Both the position numbers and the translations under genes were made by a program. A DNA stretch of 64,000 nucleotides from Haliotis rufescens (lineage: Eukaryota), in NCBI RefSeq assembly GCF_023055435.1, contig NW_025963780.1, positions 20,398,001 to 20,462,000 of the forward strand, written 5' to 3'. Positions 1 through 13,050 of this stretch are shown here, piece after piece (the stretch's first letter is position 1; the number at the start of each line of letters is the position of its first letter). Below the pieces are notes generated by a model. The model worked only from the letters and a program-made list of their open reading frames with translations. It was not told where the DNA came from and searched no databases.

Positions 1-315
1 CAGATACATTTTAAAGGGAAAAAACACCTTGCAGTGTTTGTTTTTTTATGGAGGACAATATGTATCTTTCAACAGCCTGAAGCATAATTATTTTTTATCA
101 AGAGATTTGTGGGAAACGTTTTGTTTCCAATGAATTACTGAAAATAATTTGATCTGTAAATATGTCATATATAAGTTACAGACATTGTTACTTATCTGTT
201 GTGGACTGTGAATTTTTATTAATGTCTATACTGGTACATTAACCAAAGGTGTTCACAGGTTGAACTCATCCCACAGTGAACATGTTGTGAACATGAGCCA
301 ATGAACCCTTTTTCA

Positions 316-860
316 TACGAGGGTTGATAAGTTCAAAGCCTCACAGGTGGAATTGCGTAATAGTGAAATCTTTTGCTGTGAACATTACAAGATGTCAAAG
401 AGGTATATCCACAAAGATTTGAGTCAGTTAAGTAAATTGAGACATCAGTAAAATAAGCAGGGGTCTTTTGGAAAATAGACAAACTTGAGATCTAGAAACG
501 TGCAGTGATAAAGTACTTGCAGAAAAAGGGCTTAACACAAGGAAAGGATGCCCCTTACTATGCCAATGTAAAAGATGTGGGCGGCAGTGTGTGGCAGGGA
601 AAGCCTTGAAGACGATCTGTACGACCCCGTCCTGGGTGGCCTGTTACGTCAGCGACACCAGGAACGATTCGTGTCTAGTGATGATCCACCTATTTGAAGC
701 TAATCAAGAAAGGTTCTTGCAACGATTTGTGACAATGGTTGAATACTGGGCTCATCGCTTCAAGCAACATTCAATCATAGTCAAAAAACTAATCAAAACA
801 GTTTTTGAGAATAACATCACCACCACCAAAGAAGGCAATGACTTCTGTCCCATCAACTCG
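316..860 (+). mobile_element. Decayed mariner-like element fragment
   Basis: TACGAGGG-type end at 316; broken frames give RAVIKYLQKKG, GRESLEDD and FLQRFVTMVEYWAH, which resemble a mariner N-terminus and the TxDETW region. Confidence 0.55.
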
Positions 861-1754
861 CATACAATACTATGATACTCATATCTTGTATTTTGTTATT
901 TTAGATTGGATGTTACATGTATGCATGAAATCACAAATTAACTGTTAATTATTATCGATAAATATTTTTATGTTAGACAAATCAAGCACACTCTGTGTGA
1001 ATTAATGTATTCATACAATACATTCATATTCCTTTAAAATCATTATGACTTTCTCCATGTACTAAAGACAGTTTAATCTGTGTTAATAGAGCTGCTGTAC
1101 ACAAACGTTTTCCTCCAGAACTCGTGAGCAATGTTTCAAGGAGGGAAGTAACATTAAATGTTAAAGTAATTGCATAACGAGATCTCACGAGTGCGTGACT
1201 TCATTCAAGATGGCGGCGTAAAAGGCAAAATAGCGGCGACAATAATATGAATGGATTACTGACAATCAGCGATGACACCTAATGTACCTCGAAAAGGCTA
1301 TGCATGTCCTGCTCTGTCTGTAGCACCCAACACATTTTACACTATAAAGTAAGGTTTGTTGCCTTATCCCATACAGGAGAACTCTTGCCATACGACGTCC
1401 GCCTGTAAACTGAAGAGTCTGGACCAGACAACCAAATGATAGGGCAACAGGTATTCAAGTGAAACAACTTTGTGGTTACTGATTTTGTTGAACCTAAAAA
1501 CGATATGTTCATTTTGAAGTACGTATGTACATGACTGTAATGATTAACGTCGAATGTATTCGGTCAACATTTCTATCCTCGAATATCAGTTAACCCAATG
1601 TGGCGTTGACATAAGAAGTCTTAAGTGACAGTAAAGGCTTCCTCGTGTTCAGGTGAATAAGATCATTCTTGTGTCGGATTAAAAAGTAAGAAGAGGGCTG
1701 TCACACAGAACACTGAACATTCAGCGTATCTTAGTGAAATCTAATGAATGTGTC

Positions 1755-1985
1755 TCAAATTCCCTCTTGTCAACTTTGCCTTTATATCGGGCAATATTCC
1801 AGCAGTTCCACCCTTTGGGTCACACCTTTTGATACTATCGAGCATGCTTTTTCTACGTTTTCTATTTCAAAGTGCGCGTTACGAAGCTTGCTGAACAGTT
1901 GTTGATCAGGGTTACAGCATTCACTTAGTAAAGCTTTCAAAAAGTTTCATGGTAGAAATGTAGAGGGCAGTTCCAAATTTGATGC
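1755..1985 (+). mobile_element. Decayed Penelope-like RT C-terminal fragment
   Basis: Broken frames read FPLVNFAFISGNIPAVPPFG, RYYRAC, QGY, KAFKKFHGR, resembling the PLE FPIVNFPFL.SNIP...RY.RAC motif. Confidence 0.5.
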
Positions 1986-2219
1986 AACAGTGACCAAAAC
2001 GCAATAACCAGTTTGACTTGTAGCATATGTCCCCGGGTTTGTTCAGGTGACTATTTGATTTGCCTTTGTATGTTTTTGTGACAGGTGAGGCAGGATACTG
2101 TTGCCTTTTCGCGAACCCATGGTATCTTCAATACTTGATATTGATTCATAAACACATGATATACATGTAGTCAGAATCGTGCAATGGACTCTGCTTTGAG
2201 CAGAGATGTCTTGGAATTA

Positions 2220-3768
2220 TAAACTAGTGTCGAAAAGAAACGATACCACCTGTTTGCAATGACATAAAAGAAAAACTAAACAATGCAGAAGTTTAGGATT
2301 GGTGTTATGCTTTTGAGAAATCCTTTCACAACATCTGTACAAAAATTTCATTTCAATAAAATCTGTACAACCAATATGACAAGCCTTGAAAGATGGGTGG
2401 GGTCGAAAAATGAACATTTCGTTAGAGCACTGATCACAGAAACAACGGGAAATGTCACACCACACGTCTCAAAGTCAAGTCAGTAGCGGGTATGTCCACC
2501 GTGAGCATCAATACATGCCAGAACACGCCTACGGACTGATGACGTCAAACGTCTGATGACGTTGGGAGTGATGCGTTGCCATTCCTCGAGGAGACATCGT
2601 TCCAAGTCCTGGACGTTGACTGGAGGCACACGGCGACGTCGGATTTGCCGATCGAGGTGGTCCCATAAGTGCTCGATGGGATTCATGTCCGGTGAACATG
2701 CGGGCCATGGCAAAACCTGTACGTTGGCGTTGGCAAGGAAGTTCTGTGTCAATCTTGCTGTGTGTGGCCTTGCATTGTCATGTTGGAAAAGGAGTCCACG
2801 AAGCTGTTGCTGAATAAAGGGCACCACAACAGGCCGTAGGATGTCATCAAGATAACGCTGTGCATTCAGGTTTCCACGAATTACGACAAGCATCGTTTTG
2901 ACGTCACCACATATGCCACCCCAAACCATTAACCCTCAACCTCCAAACGGCCGGACCTGTTGGATAAAGTTAGGCGCCAAACGTTCTCCAAATCGTCGGT
3001 ATACAAGCTGCCGTCCATCGTTTCTGAAGATGAGGAATCTGCTCTCATCAGAGAACATAACACGTGCCCAGTCCCGCCGTTGCCAACGTCGAACTCGCCT
3101 GGCCAAGATCAGTCTGTTGTTCTGGTGTCGAGGCGTCAGGAGCGGTCCGCGGTAGGGATGACGTGGCCGGATACCATACTGCCGTAGTCTCCTGTAGACG
3201 GTCTGTCGACTGATCCTGTGTCCAAGTGCTGTAGCCGCCGTGGACGTCGCTGTTACGGTGCGGTTCCTCAGGTGTAATACCCGGATGTAACGATCTTCAC
3301 GGGGCGTGGTTACTCGTGGTCTTCCACTCCTGGGCCTGTCTGACGTCTGACCTGTCTGACGTAACCGCTGCATTAACCTGAAGATAGTGATGCGTGCGCA
3401 GCCCAACCTTCTGGCGACGTCGACGTGTGACGCTCCTTGTTGGACCATTCCAACGGCTCTCTCTCTCTCTCGATGGCTGTCAAACGTGGCATATCTTGTG
3501 TTCTTTTTGTTGCTGTGATATCAACGTGTCTGATCAGCCGTTTTATACAGTTTTTCTGCACGTGCAGAACATGCTAGAGAGGGAAATGTCACTTTCACGA
3601 AATTTACGTTTTTTCCCGGAAGTGATCACGTGTTCCCGGTATTTTTTATCGACTATGCTGTGTTTGGGATGTGCAATACGAATTGGCATGTTTTCATACT
3701 TGACAATTCACTTAGTAAAAAACAATTTTGAAAATAAGTTGGTATCGTTTCTTTTGGACACTAGTTTA
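2220..3768 (-). mobile_element. Tc1-family DNA transposon, full length
   Basis: Terminal inverted repeats TAAACTAGTGTC(G/C)AAAAGAAACGATACC (1 mismatch in 28, including the flanking TA) enclosing a transposase. Confidence 0.93.
2480..3492 (-). pseudogene. Tc1 DD34E transposase with one frameshift and one nonsense codon
   Basis: MPRLTAIERE, then a +2 shift in a (GA)n tract near 3460; DRPRSGRPRVTT; FSDESRF; in-frame TGA at 2938-2936; QHDNARPH...SPDMNPIEHLW (34 aa from D to E); GGHTRY*. Confidence 0.9.
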
Positions 3769-3989
3769 GAAAGGGTTTTGTCGCTTTTAGTTGATGCGGT
3801 TATTCATCATCTATTTAGTATAACCGTCCCAATTAGATTTAATTAATGACAATGTTTGCTAATATTTTGCCAAATATGGACATTTGTAACCACAGACCTT
3901 CCTGTCTCCGGGACTATACCCTATTCACTAAACCACGGAAACGGTGTTCCATACAAGAATTAAAGTAAAATAATAAACCTACATAGATA

Positions 3990-4237
3990 GACCGTTCCGT
4001 GGTCTAGTGGTTGAGCGTCCGCCCAGAGAGCGTAAGGTCCGGGTTTCGATCCCGGTCCGCGTCATACCAAAAGACGTTAAAAGATGGTACTTGTTGTTAC
4101 CCTGTCTGTCATTCGGCATTAAGGGGCTAAAACAAGGAGTGGTCGGGTAGGAGTCAGTATACTGTGTTTGAGTGGGATATTCATGTTAAATTGCGATGTG
4201 GTATCTCAGCACTGTAAAATCGGCATTAGCCAAGGCT

Positions 4238-4289
<52 letters not shown>

Positions 4290-4315
4290 TGCACGTCACT
4301 ATATAAGTACAATCA
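3990..4315 (+). mobile_element. tRNA-derived SINE family D (Meta-domain-like core) with internal (CA)n
   Basis: A box TGGTCTAGTGG, B box GTTTCGATCCC, core GTCATACCAAAAGACGTTAAAAGATGGTAC; other copies at 7805-8152(-), 15399-15708(+), 50767-51193(-), partial 44560-44722. Confidence 0.8.
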
Positions 4316-5132
4316 AAGTGTCCCCCAATACAATGCAAGCAATCCAGTCCTCTTTTCAAAATGCAATAACAGGCTTCATTTCGTTCAATATTTGTTGATC
4401 CAGTATTTAACAGAGGAAACAAATACTTACCCCTGTTGATTGATTGACATAAACATTGAAGTAAAGTTGTTTGGGGTGGTTAATATGATTCCTATTTCAT
4501 TATCAATTGACACGCTCAGGGGCACAGGAACCTCCACCACCAACAGTTTGATAAGGAAAAGCTAATGACAATAAATCGACAAGCTGCGCGTTTGGTCCAA
4601 GCGAACGAATGCAATTCGACGTGGAGTGACAGCGTTTTCTGTGTATGAATGGTTTTCCTACCAAGACTCCGTTTAATCTGATTAAAGTGGCTGAAAGGTA
4701 TACCCCTGTGCCTAGAAGTGTGGGAAATATTATGTTTTAAGGGCACATATCTTCACTGTGTTTGGTTTTGCCGTAGGTGAAGTTGTGAGGTGGTAAAACT
4801 CCCGTCCATGTATATGCCCGTTGGTGGAGATGACGTTGAAGCTATCACGCAATTGTTACGGTCATGTGTGCAAGGTCTGAAGGGATGAGTAAACAATTTT
4901 AAGAGAGCCATTGTTTCACAAGGGACTCAACTGTTATGGGGTTGAGTAAGAATTGTATTTGTTTACTTCAATAAAAGGCTTACCAAACATCTGGTTCTGC
5001 CCTTTTCGGTACTCATTTAACAGGCATTTCGTTCGTGTCCTCTCTGGGGTAATGCACGCGCCATAAACAAATGCGTCGAGCATCCTTAAATATGTTTGTG
5101 AATACATTACATGTACAAAGAGAGACACTTTA

Positions 5133-6871
5133 CATTCAGGACAAAGACATTGACTAGTCCTTTTTAGGATAAAACATTCAGGACAAAGGAATTGACCAGT
5201 GTTTTATAGGAGAATACATTCAGGACAAAGGCATTGACCAGTACTTTATAGAAGAATACATTCAGGACAAAGGCATTGACCAGTACTTTAAAGGAGAATA
5301 GATTCAGGGTAAAGGCATTGACTAGTCCTTTATAGAAGAACACATTCATGACAAAGGCATTGACCAGTCCTTTAAAGGAGAATACATTCAGGACAAAGGC
5401 ATTGACCAGTACTTTAAAGGAGAATACATTCAGGGTAAAGGCATTGACCAGTCCTTTATAGAAGAACACATTCATGACAAAGGCATTGACCAGTCCTTTA
5501 AAGGAGAATACATTCAGGACAAAGGCATTGACCGGTCCTTTATAGAAGAATTCATTCAAGACAAAGGCATTGGCCAGTCCTTTATAGAAGAACACATTCA
5601 GGACAAAGGCATTGGCCAGCCCTTTATAGAAGAATACATTCAGGACAAAGGCATTGACCAGTCCTTTAAAGGAGAACACATTCAGGACAAAGGCACTGAC
5701 CAGTCCTTTATAGAAGAACACATTCAGGACAAAGGCATTGACCAGTCCTTTAAAGGAGAATTCATTCAGGACAAAGGCATTGGCCAGCCCTTTATAGAAG
5801 AATACATTCAGGACAAAGACATTGACCAGTCCTTAAAGGAGAATACATTCAGGACAAAGGCATTGACCAGTACTTCATAGGAGAATACATTCAGGGTAAA
5901 GGTATTGACTAGTCCTTTATAGGAGAATACATTCAGGACAAAGACATTGACCAGTCTTTTATAGGAGAATACATTCAGGGTAAAGGCATTGACTAGGCCT
6001 TTACAGGAGAATACATTCAGGACAAAGGCATTGACAAGTCCTTTAAAGGAGAATTCATTCAGGACAAAGGCATTGACAAGTCCTTTAAAGGAGAATACAT
6101 TCAGGACAAAGACATTGACCAGTCCTTTATAGAAGAATACATTCAGGACAAAGGCATTGGACAATCCTTTAAATGAGAATACATTCACGACAGAGGCATT
6201 GACCAGTCCTGTAAAGGAGAATACATTCAGGACAAAGGCATTGACCAGTTCTTATAGGAGAATACATTCACGACAAAGGCATTGACTAATCCTTTGAATG
6301 AGAATACATTCAGGAAAAGGCATTGACCAGTCCTCTATAGAAGAATACATTCAGGACAAAGGCATTGACCAGTCCTTTATAGGAGAATACATTCAGGATA
6401 AAGGCATTGACTAGTCCTTTATAGGAGAATACATTCAGGACAAAGGCATTGACAAATCCTTTAAAGGAGAATTCATTCAGGACAAAGACATTGACCAGTC
6501 CTTTAAAGGAGAATACATTCAGGACAAAGACATTGACCAGTCCTGTAAAGGAGAATACATTCAGGACAAAGGCATTGACCAGTCCTTTATAGGAGAATAC
6601 ATTCAGGACAAAAGCATTGACCAGTCCTGTAAAGGAGAATACATTCAGGACAAAGGCACTGACCAGTCCTGTATAGGAGAATACATTCAGGACAAAAGCA
6701 TTGACAAGTCCTTTATAGGAGAATACATTCATGAAAAAAACATTGGCCAGTCCTTTATAGGAGAATACATTTAGGACAAAGGCATTGACTTATCCTTTAT
6801 AGGAGAATTGATTCAGGACAAAGGCATTGACCAGTGTTTTATAAGAGAATACATTCAGGACAAAGGCATTG
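5133..6871. repeat. 42-bp minisatellite, ~41 copies
   Basis: Unit CATTCAGGACAAAGGCATTGACCAGTCCTTTA(A/T)AGGAGAATA. Confidence 0.97.
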
Positions 6872-7804
6872 GTGAGTACCAAATAGAAAATACACGTGGA
6901 ACAACGGAATTTGTCAGGTATTTGCTGCAGAGCAAAATTGTAAATTACCATTCTTGAGAATAAAATTTCCAAGCTATTACCTATTACCCACTCAGCTGTT
7001 GATGCAGGACATCAGTTTAGCTGTGATGGCACTTAGGACTATGACATTTTCATCTTTGGACATTCTATTGAGGACACCGGTCAAATCTTTAGATCTCTAA
7101 CAGCAGGGAGGTTAAGTCAGTTCGTTGTTGGATAAAGCAGTGATGGAAAAATATATGCGGTATGAGCCTTTTAAATGTCACGCCATCTGAAAATACTTCA
7201 CATCTGTTAAGACTAGTTGATCATATTTGTCTCAAGTCCTCTATGATAATGAAATATCCTCCCCTTCAAACATAGAAATGTGGACGCGACTAAGACACGA
7301 TTAGATGCCAGAAGTCAATGATTCAACAGCAAGCTTTCCGAGAGTTACCATATAGATACATGTGACAACATATATATCGTTAAGGCAAGGAATGGCACCT
7401 AGCATGCATGGCCATGGCCAGAAATACAGATTCAATCAGAGTTTCCTTGATCTGATCACCGTGTAGAGAACATAATCAAACTAAAATCCTACTTCAACCC
7501 TCTAAGGTGACGCTTCAATTCAATGATACTTCATGCTGATACAACCAAACTGCAAGGCGGAGATATGTCCAGGATCAATCCAGGGAACAAGTGATGTTGA
7601 CTGGAGTAAGAGGCCCTCCTTGACCTGGAAGGCACACTCGATTTTTCAATCACGGAAATCAAATAAATAGGAGTTAGGGTTGCAGTTTTTATGTAGTGTT
7701 TGGTCATGATTACTGGTCTGAAGTGTAGTCAAAGTAATGAATACTGGTCTGAAGTATAGTCAATGTCATTCAAATTATGCCCCTCCATTTTTAACATAAT
7801 CAAT

Positions 7805-7862
7805 GAGGTGAAATGGGGTTTAACGTCGCGTCCAAGATTATTGCACTTATATAGTGTGTGTG

Positions 7863-7910
<48 letters not shown>

Positions 7911-8152
7911 TGTGTGTGTGGCTGCTTGTACTAGTCCGGACTGATGCCGATTTATAGTGATAGCACACTATGAATATCCTACTCAGACACAGTACACTGA
8001 CTCCGAGCCGACCAGTTGTCGTTTCAGCCCCTTTAAGCCGAGCGCCAGACAGGGTAACAACACGTACCATCTTGTAACGTCTTTTGGTTTGACGCGGCCG
8101 GGGATCGAACCTCGCTCTCCGAGCGGACGTTCTACCACTAGAGCACGGAGGC
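7805..8152 (-). mobile_element. SINE family D copy with (GCGT)n/(GT)n
   Basis: Reverse complement of the 3990 element. Confidence 0.8.
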
Positions 8153-8221
8153 GTTTTTTTTTATATAATCAATTCTCTGAACGTTTTCGATATATGTTCA
8201 CACTTTATCTGAAACGGTGAC

Positions 8222-8260
<39 letters not shown>

Positions 8261-9224
8261 GTTACATGATTAACATACATGCTGGAGTGGGGAGGTATGA
8301 TGGTTTTCGTATGCCAGGACCTGATCTGATTCCCGCATACGTACAATGTGTTTGAGGCCAATTTCTGGAATTGATATTTCTGGAATAGTGCTACACGCGA
8401 CGTAAAACCACTTCCACTCATGGCCCAGTCGTCTAAAGTGCCGAAATGTTATTTACAGAGTAACGTCCCTTAGACGTGCCCGGATCTGCGCTACTGATTG
8501 ATTAAATGTTGCATGGAGAATGAGTGTAAATCCATCGGTTACAAGGTACAAGAGAGCAGTTTCTGCGGCCATATGTGTACATTACGTTTTCCTTATTTCT
8601 GAACCTGCCTATATCTACCCACATTAGAACAGTCTGTCAGAAGGATAACCCATTCAGATCGAATAAAAAACACCAGGGTGTTAGGGATCGGTCAGGGAAA
8701 AACACAGAAACGTATGGTGCAAGTCAGAATCGATTTCATCGGATATCATTTTTGTTACAGATTTGGTAGTGTCCTCAACGTCTCTTAACAAAGGCGTTTT
8801 TGTAAAATGTACTGAGGCCTTGAGGAACAACCTCAAAAGCTGTGAAGTGTAGATACCAAAGGGGGGAGCTGCTGGACTATTGGTCGACTATTGGCAAGGT
8901 GAAGTCATCCTTCCCGTCATAGACCCGTGTGGATAACTTTTTATCACTCTGAATCCGCAGATCTAAATAGGATTATGAAGCAGTAGGCGGCTGGTAACGC
9001 TCTGACTTGTCAGTCAACGGAACACTCGAAACAGCATCTGTTTTCCATTTGTTTTCATCCTACTGACATTTAAGATATCAGGTTAAACATAAGTGTGCAA
9101 GTTTGTAAGGCAAGGGTGGTGAAGAAGACGATCCATAGCTGTGTCTTTACGCAATGTTGGCGAATGAGTGGTCATTTTACAGTGCTAAACTACTGTCTCG
9201 AATACAGAACGATTTCACTGTATG

Positions 9225-12140
9225 CAAGTCTCGGGCAATACATTCCTTTGTCAGCTAGGGAACTATTAGACTCTCTAAAAGTTTCGAGGAATATAACCCT
9301 TTGTCAACTAGGGAACTATTTGACTCGGGTAATATAATCCTTTGTCAACTAGAGAACAATTAGACTCGCTGCAAGTCTCGGGTAATATAATCCTTTGTCA
9401 ACTAGGGAACTATTTGACTCTCTACAAGTCTCGGGTAATATAACCCTTTGTCAACTAAAGAACTATTTGACTCTCTGCAAGTTTCGGGGAATATAACCTT
9501 TTGTCAACTAGGGAACTATTTGACTCTTTACAAGTCTCTTGCAATACATTCCATTGTCAACTAGAGAACTATAAGACTCTCTACAAGTATCGGGGAATAG
9601 AGCCCTTTGTCAACTAGAGAACAATTTGACTCTCTGCAAGTCTCGGGTAATATAACCCTTTGTCAACTAAAGAACAATTTGACTCTCTGCAAGTCTCGGG
9701 TAATATAATCCTTTGTCAACTAGGGAACTATTTGACTCTCTACAAGTCTCGGGCAATACAATCCTTTGTCAACTAGAGAACGATTAGACTCTCTACAAGT
9801 CTCGGGGAATATAGAACTATTTGACTCTCTACAAGTCTCGGGTAATATAACCCTTTGTCAACTAGAGAACTATCAGACTCTCTACAAGTCTCGGGGAATA
9901 TAGAACTATTTGACTCTCTACAAGTCTCGGGTAATATAACCCTTTGTCAACTAGAGAACTATCAGACTCTCTACAAGTCACGGGGAATATAGAACTATTT
10001 GACTCTCTACAAGTCTCGGGTAATATAACCCTTTGTCAACTAAAGAACTATTTGACTCTCTGCAAGTTTCGGGGAATATAACCTTTTGTCAACTAGGGAA
10101 CTATTTGACTCTTTACAAGTCTCTTGCAATACATTCCATTGTCAACTAGAGAACTATTAGACTCTCTACAAGTATCGGGGAATAGAGCCCTTTGTCAACT
10201 AGAGAACAATTTGACTCTCTGCAAGTCTCGGGTAATATAACCCTTTGTCAACTAAAGAACAATTTGACTCTCTGCAAGTCTCGGGTAATATAATCCTTTG
10301 TCAACTAGGGAACTATTTGACTCTCTACAAGTCTCGGGCAATACAATCCTTTGTCAACTAGAGAACGATTAGACTCTCTACAAGTCTCGGGGAATATAGA
10401 ACTATTTGACTCTCTACAAGTCTCGGGTAATATAACCCTTTGTCAACTAGAGAACTATCAGACTCTCTACAAGTCTCGGGGAATATAGAACTATTTGACT
10501 CTCTACAAGTCTCGGGTAATATAACCCTTTGTCAACTAGAGAACTATCAGACTCTCTACAAGTCACGGGGAATATAGAACTATTTGACTCTCTACAAGTC
10601 TCGGGTAATATAACCCTTTGTCAACTAAAGAACTATTTGACTCTCTGCAAGTTTCGGGGAATATAACCTTTTGTCAACTAGGGAACTATTTGACTCTTTA
10701 CAAGTCTCTTGCAATACATTCCATTGTCAACTAGAGAACTATTAGACTCTCTACAAGTATCGGGGAATAGAGCCCTTTGTCAACTAGAGAACAATTTGAC
10801 TCTCTGCAAGTCTCGAGTAATATAACCGTTTGTCAACTAAAGAACAATTTGACTCTCTGCAAGTCTCGGGTAATATAATCCTTTGTCAACTAGGGAACTA
10901 TTTGACTCTCTACAAGTCTCGGGCAATACAATCCTTTGTCAACTAGAGAACGATTAGACTCTCTACAAGTCTCGGGGAATATAGAACTATTTGACTCTCT
11001 ACAAGTCTCGGGTAATATAACCCTTTGTCAACTAGAGAACTATCAGACTCTCTACAAGTCTCGGGGAATATAGAACTATTTGACTCTCTACAAGTCTCGG
11101 GTAATATAACCCTTTGTCAACTAGAGAACTATCAGACTCTCTACAAGTCTCGGGGAATATAGAACTATTTGACTCTCTACAAGTCTCGGGTAATATAACC
11201 CTTTGTCAACTAGAGAACTATCAGACTCTCTACACGTCTCGGGGAATATGGCCCTTTGTCAACTAAAGAACAATTTTACTCTCTGCAAGTCTCGGGGAAT
11301 ATAATCCTTTGTCAACTTGAGAACTATTTGACTCTCTACAAGTCTCGGGGAATATAACCCTTTGCCAACTAAAGATCTATTTGACCCTTTACAAGTCTCT
11401 TGCAATACATTCAATTGTCAACTAGAGAACTATTAGACTCTCTACACGTCTCGGGGAATATAGCCCTTTGTCTACTAGAGAACAATTTGACTCTCTGCAA
11501 GTCTCGGGTAATATAATCCTTTGTCAACTAGAGAACTATTTGACTCTCTACAAGTCTCGGGGAATATAACCCTTTGCCAACTAAAGATCTATTTGACTCT
11601 TAACAAGTCTCGGGAAATACAATCCTTTGTCAACTAGAGAACTATTAGACTCTCTACAAGTATCGGGGAATATAGAACTATTTTACTCTCTAAAAGTTTC
11701 GGGGAATATAACCCTTTGTCAACTAGAGAACTATTTTACTCTTTACAAGTCTCGGGCAATACAATCCTTTGTCAACTAGAGAACTATTAGACTCTCTATA
11801 AGTCTCGGGGAATATAGCCCTTGTCAACTAGAGAACAATTTGACTCGCTGCAAGTCTCGGGGAATATTTCCCTATGTCAACTTAAGAACAATTTGACTCT
11901 CTGCAAGTCTCTGGTAATATAATCCTTTGTCAACAAGTGAACTATTTGACGCTCTACAAGTCTCGGGGAATATAGAACTATTTTACTCCCTAAAAGTTTC
12001 GGGGAATATAACCCTTTGTCAACTAGAGAACTATTTGACTCTCTACAAGTTTCGGGGAATACAACCCTTTGTCAACTAGAGAACTATTTGACAGTTTGCA
12101 AGGTTCGGAGAGTATTAGCTTTGTGAACTAAAGAACTATT
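9225..12140. repeat. 53-bp satellite with 36-bp deletion variants and a 585-bp higher-order repeat
   Basis: Unit TCTACAAGTCTCGGGTAATATAACCCTTTGTCAACTAGAGAACTATTTGACTC; the same variant order restarts at 9421, 10006 and 10591. Confidence 0.96.
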
Positions 12141-12723
12141 CAGCTGCATGCGAGGCTTAAGAGATACAGTATTTGCTATTTACAGAAGTATTTGGCTGTG
12201 TGGAAGATTTGGGAGATGCATGTTCGGCATGAGAGATACAACAACCCTTGCAGGCTAAACAAGTAATGTGTCCGCATTTTGTCTCGGTAAATTTAAACTG
12301 GGTCGATTAGATAACTATTTGGCTGCATCCAACGTTTGGGCGGAAAATGGCGTGTTCATGGCGTTTACATGCAATGTTTTGAAAGTAAAATCCGTGTGTT
12401 CCAGAGACCTATTTGGCTTTATTAATAACTGGAGAGCAATATGAGTGGTCCCCAGCTCCTCAAACAATAACTGTGATTGCCGAGTAGATCAGCAATCCAA
12501 ATTTGTATGAATTTTTAAACGAATTCGTGCATGTCACACGACAATTTAGGTTCTTCCATGTCATAAAAAGACACAAATATGCGTCTAACCTTAATCCAGC
12601 AGGACTATTCTGTCATAACGTTTGGAAGACTGGAATAAAGCGTTGTTGTTTAGAAATGTAAACTCAATTACATTTCTATCTGGGGACTGTTGAAGTTGCT
12701 GACATACGTTCCTTGCCTTCACG

Positions 12724-13050
12724 GGGGGCATGGGGCACCCAGTTGTCTAAAGCGCCGCATTTCGCTGTGCAGAGATGCGTCCCTTGGGCATGCCAGGAAC
12801 TAGAAACCCCTGTTCGCCCCGTTTAAATTTCTAGGTTTGTCAGCACCATACCTATGCCTGTGTGTTTCGCCGAAATGGTAAACGTCTAAGACCTGCCTCA
12901 CTTCGGACTTTCCTCCCACACGCCGTGATATACTGGAGTACTGTTTACAGCTGCAATCACTGGATTGTCTGGTCCAGACTCGATTATTTACAGACCGCCG
13001 TCATACAGCTGGAATATTGCTGAGTGCGGCGTTAAACAACAACAACATAA
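12724..13050 (+). mobile_element. Chimeric SINE: family C body joined to family B 3' end
   Basis: 12724-12950 matches the 60992 element; 12955-13050 matches the family B end (CAATCACTGGATTGTCTGGTCCAGACTCG...GCGGCGTTAAACAAC). Confidence 0.7.

Noticed and set aside
5164-6972. Minus-strand ORFs with a 14-aa repeat
   Set aside because: By-product of a 42-bp minisatellite, broken by indels, with no flanking gene structure.
9225-12140. CRISPR-like regular repeats (also 18811-20512, 38856-40730, 48378-50032)
   Set aside because: Head-to-tail units with no unique spacers, no cas genes, and a eukaryotic context.
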